A DNA stretch of 64,000 nucleotides from Macrostomum hystrix (GCA_950097015.1 CATNEN010000038.1:9300001-9364000); one strand, 5' to 3'; positions 10,692 through 23,775 are shown, numbered from the stretch's first letter. The notes: generated from the letters alone by a model not told the origin. Program-made: numbers and translations.

Positions 10692-13600
10692 TACCAGTTT
10701 AACCACAGTTCTGTGAGTCAGCTTGCTGAACCAACTACCAGTTTAACCACAGTTCTGTGAGTCAGCTTGCTGAACCAACTACCAGTTTAACCACAGTTCT
10801 GTGAGTCAGCTTGCTGAACCAACTACCAGTTTAACCACAGTTCTGTGAGTCAGCTTGCTGAACCAACTACCAGTTTAACCACAGTTCTGTGAGTCAGCTT
10901 GCTGAACCAACTACCAGTTTAACCACAGTTCTGTGAGTCAGCTTGCTGAACCAACTACCAGTTTAACCACAGTTCTGTGAGTCAGCTTGCTGAACCAACT
11001 ACCAGTTTAACCACATTTCTGTGAGTCAGCTTGCTGAACCAACTACCAGTTTAACCACAGTTCTGTGAGTCAGCTTGCTGAACCAACTACCAGTTTAACC
11101 ACAGTTCTGTGAGTCAGCTTGCTGAACCAACTACCAGTTTAACCACAGTTCTGTGAGTCAGCTTGCTGAACCAACTACCAGTTTAACCACAGTTCTGTGA
11201 GTCAGCTTGCTGAACCAACTACCAGTTTAACCACATTTCTGTGAGTCAGCTTGCTGAACCAACTACCAGTTTAACCACAGTTCTGTGAGTCAGCTTGCTG
11301 AACCAACTACCAGTTTAACCACAGTTCTGTGAGTCAGCTTGCTGAACCAACTACCAGTTTAACCACAGTTCTGTGAGTCAACTTGCTGAACCAACTACCA
11401 GTTTAACCACAGTTCTGTGAGTCAGCTTGCTGAACCAACTACCAGTTTAACCACAGTTCTGTGAGTCAGCTTGCTGAACCAACTACCAGTTTAACCACAG
11501 TTCTGTGAGTCAGCTTGCTGAACCAACTACCAGTTTAACCACAGTTCTGTGAGTCAGCTTGCTGAACCAACTACCAGTTTAACCACAGTTCTGTGAGTCA
11601 GCTTGCTGAACCAACTACCAGTTTAACCACAGTTCTGTGAGTCAGCTTGCTGAACCAACTACCAGTTTAACCACAGTTCTGTGAGTCAACTTGCTGAACC
11701 AACTACCAGTTTAACCACAGTTCTGTGAGTCAGCTTGCTGAACCAACTACCAGTTTAACCACAGTTCTGTGAGTCAGCTTGCTGAACCAACTACCAGTTT
11801 AACCACAGTTCTGTGAGTCAGCTTGCTGAACCAACTACCAGTTTAACCACAGTTCTGTGAGTCAGCTTGCTGAACCAACTACCAGTTTAACCACAGTTCT
11901 GTGAGTCAGCTTGCTGAACCAACTACCAGTTTAACCACAGTTCTGTGAGTCAGCTTGCTGAACCAACTACCAGTTTAACCACAGTTCTGTGAGTCAGCTT
12001 GCTGAACCAACTACCAGTTTAACCACAGTTCTGTGAGTCAGCTTGCTGAACCAACTACCAGTTTAACCACAGTTCTGTGAGTCAGCTTGCTGAACCAACT
12101 ACCAGTTTAACCACAGTTCTGTGAGTCAGCTTGCTGAACCAACTACCAGTTTAACCACATTTCTGTGAGTCAGCTTGCTGAACCAACTACCAGTTTAACC
12201 ACAGTTCTGTGAGTCAGCTTGCTGAACCAACTACCAGTTTAACCACAGTTCTGTGAGTCAGCTTGCTGAACCAACTACCAGTTTAACCACAGTTCTGTGA
12301 GTCAACTTGCTGAACCAACTACCAGTTTAACCACAGTTCTGTGAGTCAGCTTGCTGAACCAACTACCAGTTTAACCACAGTTCTGTGAGTCAGCTTGCTG
12401 AACCAACTACCAGTTTAACCACAGTTCTGTGAGTCAGCTTGCTGAACCAACTACCAGTTTAACCACAGTTCTGTGAGTCAGCTTGCTGAACCAACTACCA
12501 GTTTAACCACAGTTCTGTGAGTCAGCTTGCTGAACCAACTACCAGTTTAACCACAGTTCTGTGAGTCAGCTTGCTGAACCAACTACCAGTTTAACCACAG
12601 TTCTGTGAGTCAACTTGCTGAACCAACTACCAGTTTAACCACAGTTCTGTGAGTCAGCTTGCTGAACCAACTACCAGTTTAACCACAGTTCTGTGAGTCA
12701 GCTTGCTGAACCAACTACCAGTTTAACCACAGTTCTGTGAGTCAGCTTGCTGAACCAACTACCAGTTTAACCACAGTTCTGTGAGTCAGCTTGCTGAACC
12801 AACTACCAGTTTAACCACAGTTCTGTGAGTCAGCTTGCTGAACCAACTACCAGTTTAACCACAGTTCTGTGAGTCAGCTTGCTGAACCAACTACCAGTTT
12901 AACCACAGTTCTGTGAGTCAACTTGCTGAACCAACTACCAGTTTAACCACAGTTCTGTGAGTCAGCTTGCTGAACCAACTACCAGTTTAACCACAGTTCT
13001 GTGAGTCAGCTTGCTGAACCAACTACCAGTTTAACCACAGTTCTGTGAGTCAGCTTGCTGAACCAACTACCAGTTTAACCACAGTTCTGTGAGTCAGCTT
13101 GCTGAACCAACTACCAGTTTAACCACAGTTCTGTGAGTCAGCTTGCTGAACCAACTACCAGTTTAACCACAGTTCTGTGAGTCAGCTTGCTGAACCAACT
13201 ACCAGTTTAACCACAGTTCTGTGAGTCAGCTTGCTGAACCAACTACCAGTTTAACCACAGTTCTGTGAGTCAGCTTGCTGAACCAACTACCAGTTTAACC
13301 ACAGTTCTGTGAGTCAGCTTGCTGAACCAACTACCAGTTTAACCACAGTTCTGTGAGTCAGCTTGCTGAACCAACTACCAGTTTAACCACAGTTCTGTGA
13401 GTCAGCTTGCTGAACCAACTACCAGTTTAACCACAGTTCTGTGAGTCAGCTTGCTGAACCAACTACCAGTTTAACCACAGTTCTGTGAGTCAACTTGCTG
13501 AACCAACTACCAGTTTAACCACAGTTCTGTGAGTCAGCTTGCTGAACCAACTACCAGTTTAACCACAGTTCTGTGAGTCAGCTTGCTGAACCAACTACCA

Positions 13601-14476
13601 GTTTAACCACAGTTCTGTGAGTCAGCTTGCTGAACCAACTACCAGTTTAACCACAGTTCTGTGAGTCAGCTTGCTGAACCAACTACCAGTTTAACCACAG
13701 TTCTGTGAGTCAGCTTGCTGAACCAACTACCAGTTTAACCACAGTTCTGTGAGTCAGCTTGCTGAACCAACTACCAGTTTAACCACAGTTCTGTGAGTCA
13801 ACTTGCTGAACCAACTACCAGTTTAACCACAGTTCTGTGAGTCAGCTTGCTGAACCAACTACCAGTTTAACCACAGTTCTGTGAGTCAGCTTGCTGAACC
13901 AACTACCAGTTTAACCACAGTTCTGTGAGTCAACTTGCTGAACCAACTACCAGTTTAACCACAGTTCTGTGAGTCAGCTTGCTGAACCAACTACCAGTTT
14001 AACCACAGTTCTGTGAGTCAGCTTGCTGAACCAACTACCAGTTTAACCACAGTTCTGTGAGTCAGCTTGCTGAACCAACTACCAGTTTAACCACAGTTCT
14101 GTGAGTCAGCTTGCTGAACCAACTACCAGTTTAACCACAGTTCTGTGAGTCAGCTTGCTGAACCAACTACCAGTTTAACCACAGTTCTGTGAGTCAGCTT
14201 GCTGAACCAACTACCAGTTTAACCACAGTTCTGTGAGTCAGCTTGCTGAACCAACTACCAGTTTAACCACAGTTCTGTGAGTCAGCTTGCTGAACCAACT
14301 ACCAGTTTAACCACAGTTCTGTGAGTCAGCTTGCTGAACCAACTACCAGTTTAACCACAGTTCTGTGAGTCAACTTGCTGAACCAACTACCAGTTTAACC
14401 ACAGTTCTGTGAGTCAGCTTGCTGAACCAACTACCAGTTTAACCACAGTTCTGTGAGTCAACTTGCTGAACCAACT
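10692..14476. repeat. 44-bp tandem satellite, about 86 near-identical copies
   Basis: Unit taccagtttaaccacagttctgtgagtcagcttgctgaaccaac; 3785 bp / 44 = 86; only two recurrent substitutions seen. Confidence 0.98.
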
Positions 14477-14559
14477 TTCTAGGATAAGTCATTCACCATT
14501 CACCATTACTCATTGGTGCAGCTGCTTTATCCAGATCAGCTAATTTATCCGGCGAAGGC

Positions 14560-17500
14560 CTAACGCGGTCTCAGCAGATTGATGAGGCCGCCAGTGTGGT
14601 GCCCGCCGCCGACGTCTCCTTCCCCGCCGCTGCCAACGCCGCCGCCCATCAGGGCGTTGAGAGCCTTCTCGGCGATCTCCTGCTTCCGCTTGCGTCGCAG
14701 TTCATCTCTCAGGTCAACTGGGCGAAGTCGTAAATGTAATGATTGGAAAATATGAGCGCCATGTCAAACAGGTAAAATGTGTCAACGATTTTAAAATCTG
14801 ATCTTCCTGTCTAACACGTAAACTTCCAGTCTAACATGTAAAATTCCTGTCGAACAAGTAAAAAACTAGCGATTTAATAGGTGAAATTCCTGTCTAACAG
14901 GTTAACTTGCTGTCTAACAGGTGAACTTGCTGTCTAACAGGTGAGCTTGCTGTCTAACAGGTTAACTTGCCGTCTAACAGGTAAACATCCTGTCTAACAG
15001 GTGAACTTGCTGTCTAACAGGTGAACTTGCTGTCTAACAGGTGAACTTGCTGTCTAACAGGTTAACTTGCCGTCTAACAGGGGAACTTGCTGTCTAACAG
15101 GTGAACTTGCTGTCTAACAGGTTAACTTGCTGTCTAACAGGTGAGCTTGCTGTCTAACAGGTAAACATCCTGTCTAACAGGTAAACATCCTGTATAACCA
15201 GTGAACTTGCTGTCTAACAGGTGAACTTGCTGTCTAACAGGTGAACTTGCTGTCTAACAGGTGAACTTGCTATCTAACAGGTAAACATCCTGTCTAACAG
15301 GTAAACATCCTGTCTAACAGGTGAACTTGCTGTCTAACAGGTAAACATCCTGTCTAACAGGTAAACATCCTGTCTAACAGGAAAACATCCTGTCTAACAG
15401 GTAAACATCCTGTCTAACAGGTAAACATCCTGTCTAACAGGTAAACATCCTGTCTAACAGGTGAACTTCCTGTCTAACAGGTGAACTTACTGTCTAACAG
15501 GTGAACTTGCTGCCTAACAGGTAAACATCCTGTCTAACAGGTAAACATCCTGTCTAACAGGTAAACATCCTGTCTAACAGGAAAACATCCTGTCTAACAG
15601 GTAAACATCCTGTCTAACAGTAAACATCCTGTCTAACAGGTAAACATTCTGTCTAACAGGTGAACTTGCTGTCTAACAGGTGAACTTGCTGTCTAACAGG
15701 TGAACTTGCTGTCTAACAGGTGAGCTTGCTGTCTAACAGGTAAACATCCTGTCTAACAGGTAAACATCCTGTATAACCAGTGAACTTGCTGTCTAACAGG
15801 TGAACTTGCTGTCTAACAGGTGAACTTGCTGTCTAACAGGTGAACTTGCTATCTAACAGGTAAACATCCTGTCTAACAGGTAAACATCCTGTCTAACAGG
15901 TGAACTTGCTGTCTAACAGGTGAAAATTCTGTCTAACAGGTAAACTTAGACATCAAGCAGTTTGCTCACGCGCTTTCTGCACCGCGTAGATGCCCCAGGC
16001 CATGCTCCAGAACCAGCCAACCAACAAGAAGGTGACCGTCACCAACTGGGAGATGCCCACCCAGAAGTTAATGCATACCGGCTTGAAGAAGCCCTGCACT
16101 TTGCGGTGTTCCTTCGGGCCTACGCACAGGTAGAGAAGTCCGGACACGATCGTTCCTAACCCGGGCAGTAGAACATTCAGGGTCAGCACGAACAGGGCCG
16201 CTGGAACTGGCAGCACTGGCACCTGTTCCTGTATGTAGCTGTCGTTGCTTTGAAACCGCTTTCTAGGCTGGCCGGTCTCGTCCGCGTCCGCATTATCGGC
16301 GAGGCCGCCGTTGGCGCTGTTCGAGAAGTCGCCGCCAGAGAAGTGGCTGATTTGAGACACCGTAGATAGGCGCCGGCTATTTTGGTTAGTCTGAACGGAG
16401 AATGTTTTTAGCATTTTTGCCAAGATTTGCATGACTGCCAATAGGTAATAGGCCATGAGAGTTCCGAAAAGCTTTAAAAATGACAAATTTACCAATCAAA
16501 TGTGAGAGAGTTAAGACGAGCCAATAACTGTGAGGTAGTGACGATGAACCAATTAACTGTGAGAGACTGACGACGTACCAATGGACTGTTAGAGAATGAC
16601 GATGTACCAATGGACTGTTAGAGAATGACGATGTACCAATGAACTGTGAGGTAGTGACAATGAACCAATTAACTATGAGACAGTTAATCAATTTACCAAT
16701 GAGACAGTATGAGACACGATGTACAAATGAACTGTTAGAGACTGACGATGTACCAATGAACTGTGAGAGACTGACAATGTACCAATGAACTGTGAGAGAC
16801 TGACAATGTACCAATGAACTGTTAGAGACTGACAATGTACCAATGAACTGTGAGAGACTGACAATGTACCACTGAATGATGAGATGGTGACGAAAAGCCT
16901 AATGCCTCGTCAGTGACACCACTGAAAGTGATAATGACCGCACATTGATGAGCGGATTGCTCGGTCGCACAGAAAGATCTTGGAAATGACAGTCCTCAAA
17001 ACTGAATTGAAGCCCCGGCTAAAAACCAACAGTGTCTCTTGGCTGCTGCAGTCGTTCCAGATTCCGGGTTCGAGCTTCGATGATGCGTCTATTCAAGGAT
17101 TGGCGAACCATCCGACCCAGCTGAACATCCTCCATTGCAGGCTGCGGCGCTGTTAGCTGCAGTGGCGGCTGCTCATTCTGGGCATGGAGCTCAGACAAGT
17201 TTAAGGCCTGGCCCTGTGAGATCGGCTGTGGCTGCAACTGAGTCTCGTGGACTGCAGGCGGAGGCTTTGGCAGCTTCGAAGACGCAGTCGCTGGCGTCTT
17301 TTTGCCGCTCAACGCCGGGTGCTTCTTCGCGACTGACTTCATGGTTGAACACAAGAATCTTTCGCTACTAGCTCGTGTAGCTTTCCCTCTTAGTCCGGCT
17401 AGCGTGTTAGTTTTGATATAAGGTGGCGAAAACGGCGGTGTGTTTGTCCGATCGATATTCTAGCCATGCATGTGTGCAAATAATATTTGCCAAGCCATAG

Positions 17501-18367
17501 TGTTGTTTCAAGTTGGCTATTGACTTAAGCGAGAATCGATCCTACTTTCGAGGCTAATGATCACAAAAACTGCTTTGCGAGGCTTCTCAGACTTTGGCTG
17601 AAGAAAGTGACAAGCCTAAATGAGTTGATGAGCATAAAGAAAGACGCTCCTACCGGCCTGACTCCAGCATCCTCCAGCGACAAGAAGTCCTTGCTGCCCA
17701 GCACACGCAGGTTATCGGTAGCGCCACCAGCGTTTGTTGCCGGAGCACCACCGCCTGTCTCGGTCGCAGCCGCCTGCTGCTTGCCGGCTGCCGTGTCGCC
17801 TGCCGTCGACGCAGCCACAGCGTCGGAAGCTGCGGAACCAGCGCGACCGCCGGCGAGACCAGCCTTGCCAACTGACTTGGCCGCCGACTTCTCGTCTTTG
17901 CTGTCTTTGACTGACTCGGCGACAAAGGCGGCGTTCGTCTTGCCGTTGCCTGCAGTGCCACCACCGCCAACAGCGGCCGCTTTTAACTTCTGCGCCAGGC
18001 CGAGAGGCGGCTTGCCTGCAGCGGTCGCCGACTGCGGTGCCGCGGGGACCGGCCGCTTCGCGCCATTCTGCTGCTGCGTCGGCGCAGGCGTCGACGGTGC
18101 GACAGGATTCGGCGATGGCGAAGGAGGCGGCGGCTTTCTGACTGGAGCAGCCGCCACAGGCATCATCTCGATGGCTGAGGCGCCGCCGCTGCTGCTTGAC
18201 GGCTCCTGGAGCTGCTGCGACGGCGGTGGCTGCGACGGCTGTGGCTGCGGAGGTTGTTCAGGCGTTGCCGAGGTTATTACTGGCTTCTTCTCGCCAACCG
18301 TCGACAGGGACGGATTCGGCGCTGCCGGCTGCTGTGGAGGTGCTGCAGCTGCTGTTCGCTTCTTCAT
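14560..18367 (-). CDS. STUM: Protein stum (Stumble/Spec3 family) homolog with Pro/Ala-rich N-terminus
   Basis: Exons 18367-17654 (an upstream ATG at 18511 is possible), 16390-15970, 14717-14560; phases 0 and 1 fit. Motif PVLPVPAA...LNVLLPGLGTIVSG...QLVTV..LVGWFWSMAWG is the Spec3/Stum signature. The link to the first exon is less certain. Confidence 0.8.
14795..15946. repeat. 20-bp minisatellite in last stum intron
   Basis: Two variant units, tgtctaacaggtgaacttgc and tgtctaacaggtaaacatcc. Confidence 0.95.
16490..16880. repeat. 29-bp degenerate minisatellite
   Basis: Unit tgtaccaatgaactgtgagagactgacaa. Confidence 0.85.
17030..17342 (-). CDS. Possible alternative first or cassette exon of stum (Pro/Gln-rich)
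   Basis: GC-rich ORF MKSVAKKHPALSGKK... inside stum intron 1, same strand; no strong donor found. Confidence 0.35.
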
Positions 18368-19070
18368 AGCGCAGTGGAAAGGGGATTTTTCCTGATCTCT
18401 GCGCCAAGTTTCAGACTTCTTAAAAGTTAGACTGAACTCGCTGCATGTGACTTGAACACGCTCTTCTGAAACTGCGCACAATGGGAACCAACCAGCACAA
18501 TATTCTCCCATTCATTCTCTTTCCATGCCACTTGCTAGTTCATAAAATATATTTTTCCTCTGGGAGATGACGCACAATGAGACTGACAAGCTACAATAGC
18601 ACTGGCTGCCTCACTGCCTCCCAGTCAAGGGGGTGAAGCGCGGCGGTATCCAGGAAGCGACGAACTCTCGTTGAGTCAACACTGGCGCGCTCACGGCCTC
18701 TTTATGGCGCGAGCTGCCCTTGCTCTCCATCATCTGCTTCCATTGCTGGAGCAGTTTTACAATTTAACGAACAATATATGCCTTACTGAATAGCGCAGCT
18801 CATGCGCATTTTACTGAGTGCCATGCAGTCAATGACTTGGCCCTAAGAAATAGTCGGCGCATGCATGCCCAATAATGGCTTCCTGGACGGAGGTCTTGGC
18901 AAGCTCATTGCTTGGCCCGCAGCATTCAATAGCTCTGCAAGCCATGTCGCCGGGAACGCGATCCCCATGGCTGTCACTGTGTATGCTAAATGTCGAACCT
19001 TTTTTAACTAATTGATGAGCATCATTGAGTACGAAACTGACTTTGAGTCCTATTCTGTGCGACAGATAAT

Positions 19071-19460
19071 TGTGAGACAGGGATAGATGAGTGTGAGACA
19101 GGGATAGATGAGTGTGAGACAGGGATAGATGAGTGTGAGACAGGGATAGATGAGTGTGAGACGGGGATAGATGAGTGTGAGACAGGGATAGATGAGTGTG
19201 AGACAGGGATAGATGAGTGTGAGACAGGGATAGATGAGTGTGAGACAGGGATAGATGAGTGTGAGACGGGGATAGATGAGTGTGAGACAGGGATAGATGA
19301 GTGTGAGACAGGGATAGATGAGTGTGAGACAGGGATAGATGAGTGTGAGACAAGGATAGATGAGTGTGAGACAGGGATAGATGAGTGTGAGAAAGGGATA
19401 GATGAGTGTGAGACAGGGATAGATGAGTGTGAGACAGGGATAGATGAGTGTGAGACAGAT
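19071..19460. repeat. 21-bp minisatellite
   Basis: Unit gggatagatgagtgtgagaca. Confidence 0.95.
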
Positions 19461-19812
19461 AGATTAGTTTAAGACAGAGATGAGTTTGAGGCATAGAAAG
19501 GTAAGTGTAAGACAAAGAAATATTAGTGAGACAGATAGATAGATGAGAGACATAGATATGAGTGTGAGACAAAGAATTGCTAGAAATTAAATAAATTAAC
19601 ATAAAATAAAACAGCTGCTCATAGGTATTAGTCACAAACGTGCCAGTTTTTTATTAACCAGAAAATTAGCAAGTTACAAAAGATTAGCACTGGCTAGAAC
19701 ACTTATATATTTTTACCAACAGTCGCGTCACCTTTGTAACAGACAAAAAGAACTTGACAGAATAGTGAAAAAGAGAAATAAATATACAGCGTTAGCGGGT
19801 GATTTTATGCGC

Positions 19813-20055
19813 TCACATTCTGTCCAGGCATTCTAGAATCATCACCGAGTTGCCGCGCACAACAATCATACCCATCCGCTGCTGCTGCTGCTGTTGCTGA
19901 TCTGGCCGAAGGATTTCTACAGCCTCGTCTAGCACCAGGTTCATGAACGGATCGAAGCCACGGAGGACGCCACTAATACGGCGCTTGCCATTGAGCTGTA
20001 TTGAGACCCGCTTGTCAAGATATTTCTTTAGCTCGGGATTCTGGGCTTTGTTCAT
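19813..20055 (-). CDS. SNRPG: Small nuclear ribonucleoprotein G (SmG), 80 aa, single coding exon
   Basis: MNKAQNPELKKYLDK...LNGKRRISGVLRGFDPFMNLVLDE...GMIVVRGNSVMILE, Sm1/Sm2 motifs of SmG. Confidence 0.93.
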   Translation of the reverse strand: MNKAQNPELKKYLDKRVSIQLNGKRRISGVLRGFDPFMNLVLDEAVEILRPDQQQQQQQRMGMIVVRGNSVMILECLDRM

Positions 20056-20179
20056 GCTGGAGCCGGCTGCAGAGTTTAAAGTTGTGCATTTTAATGATGG
20101 TAAATTTTCTGCTTTAGTGCAATAGGCTATCAACTAAAACCCCAGAAAATCCATAGTGCATTGTTGCAATAAAAAAAAT

Positions 20180-20488
20180 AATTGATTACACCTACCCCAA
20201 TCGGGTCAGATGTGCAGCCGACAGCACAGCCGCAGATATTGCGCGGCGCATCTGAAGGCTGCGTACGGCTGTTCAGTCCATGGACTGGGGGGACGCCACA
20301 CCCACCTTCAATTATCCCAGCTAATGCTGGTAGCTGGTACCCATTTAACAGCTGGGTAAACTGAAGCAATGTAGAGTTAAGTGTCTTGCTAAAGGACACA
20401 AATTGTTCCAGTGGAGACGGGAATCGAACCCCCCCCCCCCGACCTTCAAGTCGTGAGTCCGACGCCCTAACCACTAGGCTACAACCTC
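20180..20488 (-). mobile_element. SINE family B (tRNA head + CORE-like domain)
   Basis: GAGGTTGTAGCCTAGTGGTTAGGGCGTCGGACTCACG..GGTTCGATTCC head, then gtcctttagcaagacacttaactc...cagtttacccagctgttaaatggg, resembling the MIR CORE. Confidence 0.85.
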
Positions 20489-23400
20489 TCTCTCAGATCT
20501 CCAGTGAGATACGCCTGAACAGGCTAGACGGGGTGCCTATTATCCATCAAATTCAAACTCTTTGGCCTCAAAATAACACACGGAACAGAACTCTGCTGTA
20601 CAGCCAGAGATCCCGCCAGGCCCAACGGTTCTGTGCGCCCTGAGGATTGGGCCGATTACACTGACAACGGCGAGATATCCAGCCGCAAAGTGAATGGCAA
20701 GCTGGCTGCCCACGGTGAGGCGCACAACACATGGCCCAACTCGCTCACCGGGAGCATGTCAATGTCGGACAAGACCTATGACATGAGTGGCTTCTATACG
20801 TTGGCATGGGCATTGTTCTTCAATGCTTATAATCATCTGATCCCTGGCCACAACATAGTGCCCCCGCCTCAATTGCATTGGCTGGACATGTCTATTGTTG
20901 TAAACTTCACCTTTTGTTGTGAAAACCAACTGAGTCTCTCACATTCCTAAAGCTTAATTCTTAAAGCTAAAGCTTTAAGCAAGGTCATATTAATTTTTGC
21001 AGAAAAGGCTTAGGGTCTTAAGGGTCAAATTTTAAGGCACAGCAGAGTGTACACTGTCTAACAAAAAAGTCAGGGCAAATGTGCTAAAGTGCCCAATAGA
21101 CATTGTTGATGAGTTAGCAAGATGGCTGCCAAGAGCAACTAAACCTTTCTGACTCCCTAGGGGCGTGGCTGAAAGGTCACCGAGGCTACCTTCGACGTCA
21201 CCCAGCTTAGCAGCATCCGCAACAACATGCCAGCTGCCACCCCTAGGGGCCATCTGCAATAGTTTCACCGATGAGCTGGCAGCCACCCAAGCTGCTCTTC
21301 AGCACATCTGCACAGCATTGGACATCCCCACTGGAACCATCAACATCACTAAAGTCACCAAAAATTTAAAGTCTAAGTTAGCAGTGTAGCAGACTATTGT
21401 GTAGTAGTTGATTTTATGCTTTGTGCAAATCATACATTTTACACAGTGAGTGTGCACTCAAGAGGTCTGCGTTAACAATTTAACGATAAATCCTGACCTG
21501 TTGATTCACTAGTGCAACAATAAGGACTACAGCCCGCAAGTATTGAGGCAGTTTACAACCTGGTCTCTATTTCAGTCTGCAAAATTGTGCCTTAAGCAAT
21601 TGATGTTTTACTGAGGAACGATATGCAGCTAATGTTAAATTTCATTAATTACTATTTGTAATTATTAATTTCATAATGCAAAAAGATTGAACTTATTCAC
21701 GTGGCAATGCTTGAACATAATGTTTATGTTTTATTTTCTTAGTTTCTTTAAACAATTAATAATTAAGGTGTCTGATTGGGGTGTAAAGGAAATTATAAGA
21801 GGACTTAGGGCCAAATAGTCAGAATAGTGCACAACTATCCATTTCCTCTAGGTAACTGCATTAAATATGAAACATGAGAAGCACCCATAGATACAGTGTG
21901 TGCCACTTGCTGCAAGTTTGTTAGAGTTGCCTTGACAACCAGTACAGTCATCATTCTCAACACATGGAGGAACAGTGGAAGTGGAATGTAAGCTTTTAAA
22001 ACTTGTTTAAGCTGTCATTTAATACTGGCTAAAAACAAAATGTTAATGTCTTTCTGTGAAAATTATTTTAGCAGTAAACAATTTTACACCAAATACAAGT
22101 CATTTAAATAGTGTGAATGAGCATGTGAATAAATGTGAAAAGCCAAAGTATAGGCTTTTGGTGTACCACTAATGATTTATAAGACATTCCTTTTATTTGT
22201 TTTTCACACAAAGTCTAAAGAGAAATTTGATAGCTAGTTAGCTAGTTAAAGTTACTCTGTGTAACAGGGTCACATGTGTATACACTATTAGCAGCTCCAA
22301 ACACATTGAATGGTGCTTGTCCTTAGGTTGTTTCTCAAACTAGTGTTTGTTTTTCTGACAAACAAATGCCAATTGCAAGTAAACATACCTAAGGAACATG
22401 TGCAGGTTGTATAGCTTCGTGCATTTTATCTCTGTTGCACTGTATCTAATTTAATTGCAGTACTGAATATGTCTATACCAAACTCTATTGTATGTAATGG
22501 TACATGGAAGAAATTACCTTGTACTGTGTTCCATGAAAAAAGTCTTTACAATGCCATAAAAATACACTGTTTTACTGTGCTTATATTGAGTACTTATAAA
22601 ATATATTGCTTATTTTTTCTTAGGCTTTCTGTTAACCTTTTAAAATTTCTGTTAATATAGCCAAGATAATTTGTCAGCTCTATTGGTTTTTAAGCTTCAG
22701 CTGAATGGCTGCTTTGGAATGTGGCACCAAGATTCTACGAGCCTTGCTTCTTTTACTGAGCATGACACCAATGGTTACTTTGTGGAAACAGACAAGTCTG
22801 GTGATCTCCAAGTCAATGCTGATAGTTTTCTTAATTGGAAAGCAGGTGAACAGCTTGTCACAACTAGGGACACAGCAAAGTAGGATGTTTTTGGCCTGTT
22901 TGCTATATCTTGCCAGCACAAGTTGATAGTGTACCTTTTGGATAGGGCCTATTGTAAAAAGTAGACAAAAGTCTTAAGGACATAAGAAAGGTTTAAGGTC
23001 TATAAGGTTATAAAGATGATATGCATTGATTTTTTTCCCAATCAAATAAAACAACAATAATTTTTTTTATTTTAGCTAGAAATTATCTAGAAAGTTTTTG
23101 AATGTCTGCCATATGAAAAAATTGACTGGTAAGAAATGGTATTTACTATTTGTGCTTCACAAAAAGAAAGCTTTTTTAGCTATTGAATGTGTGCTTGTAC
23201 ACATGTATATAAGTGTTTGCCTTAAAGTTATTTCAAGAGACATTGATAGCCTAAAGTATAGTGAATAAAGTGAAAGGAGAGCTATAACCTTAGATCCACT
23301 GGTAAGCCCAAGATAAGATGGACTTATGAATAATTGAAGATTGAAGAGTAGGCCCAACTGAAGAGTTAGGCCTATAAGACTTAAGAAAGATTGATAGGCC

Positions 23401-23775
23401 TTAAAGAATGATAAAGATGTAGCCTATAAAAAGTGATAAAGACTAATAAAGAGTAGGCCTATTTACAGAGATAATAGGCCTATAGTAAAAATTATCAGTG
23501 AATAGAAGGATAATTAGGCCTATATAAATATTGGCTATTATTGATCCATTGGGATCAAGACTAAGCAAAGAAGTTAGGCCTACAACAAATTAAGATAACA
23601 TGTTGAATTATTAAACAAGTGGTCCAAAGCAGTTTGAGGCCAAAATGGCTTTGGCTGAAAATTGCCTTATTGGAATAAGTGGTATTCTTGCAAACAGTGT
23701 CCAGCATAGGCCTACTTTTTCTTGTTGTCATGTGTGCTTAGGGTAGGCCCTACCTACACCATGATGCACTAGGTC

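Noticed and set aside
10692-14476. CRISPR-like array
   Set aside because: Units are contiguous with no unique spacers, there are no cas genes, and the context is eukaryotic.
17607-18395. 262-aa plus-strand ORF and other antisense ORFs over GC-rich exons (145-636, 3711-4232)
   Set aside because: Shadow ORFs of real coding exons on the opposite strand.
19010-19056. Hammerhead-ribozyme-like TGATGA...CGAAAC...GTC
   Set aside because: Core C3 is replaced and stems I and II do not pair; the similar motif near 36995-37040 lacks CUGANGA.
18829-19635. 268-aa ORF (SHTHLSL)n
   Set aside because: Translation of the 21-bp minisatellite.
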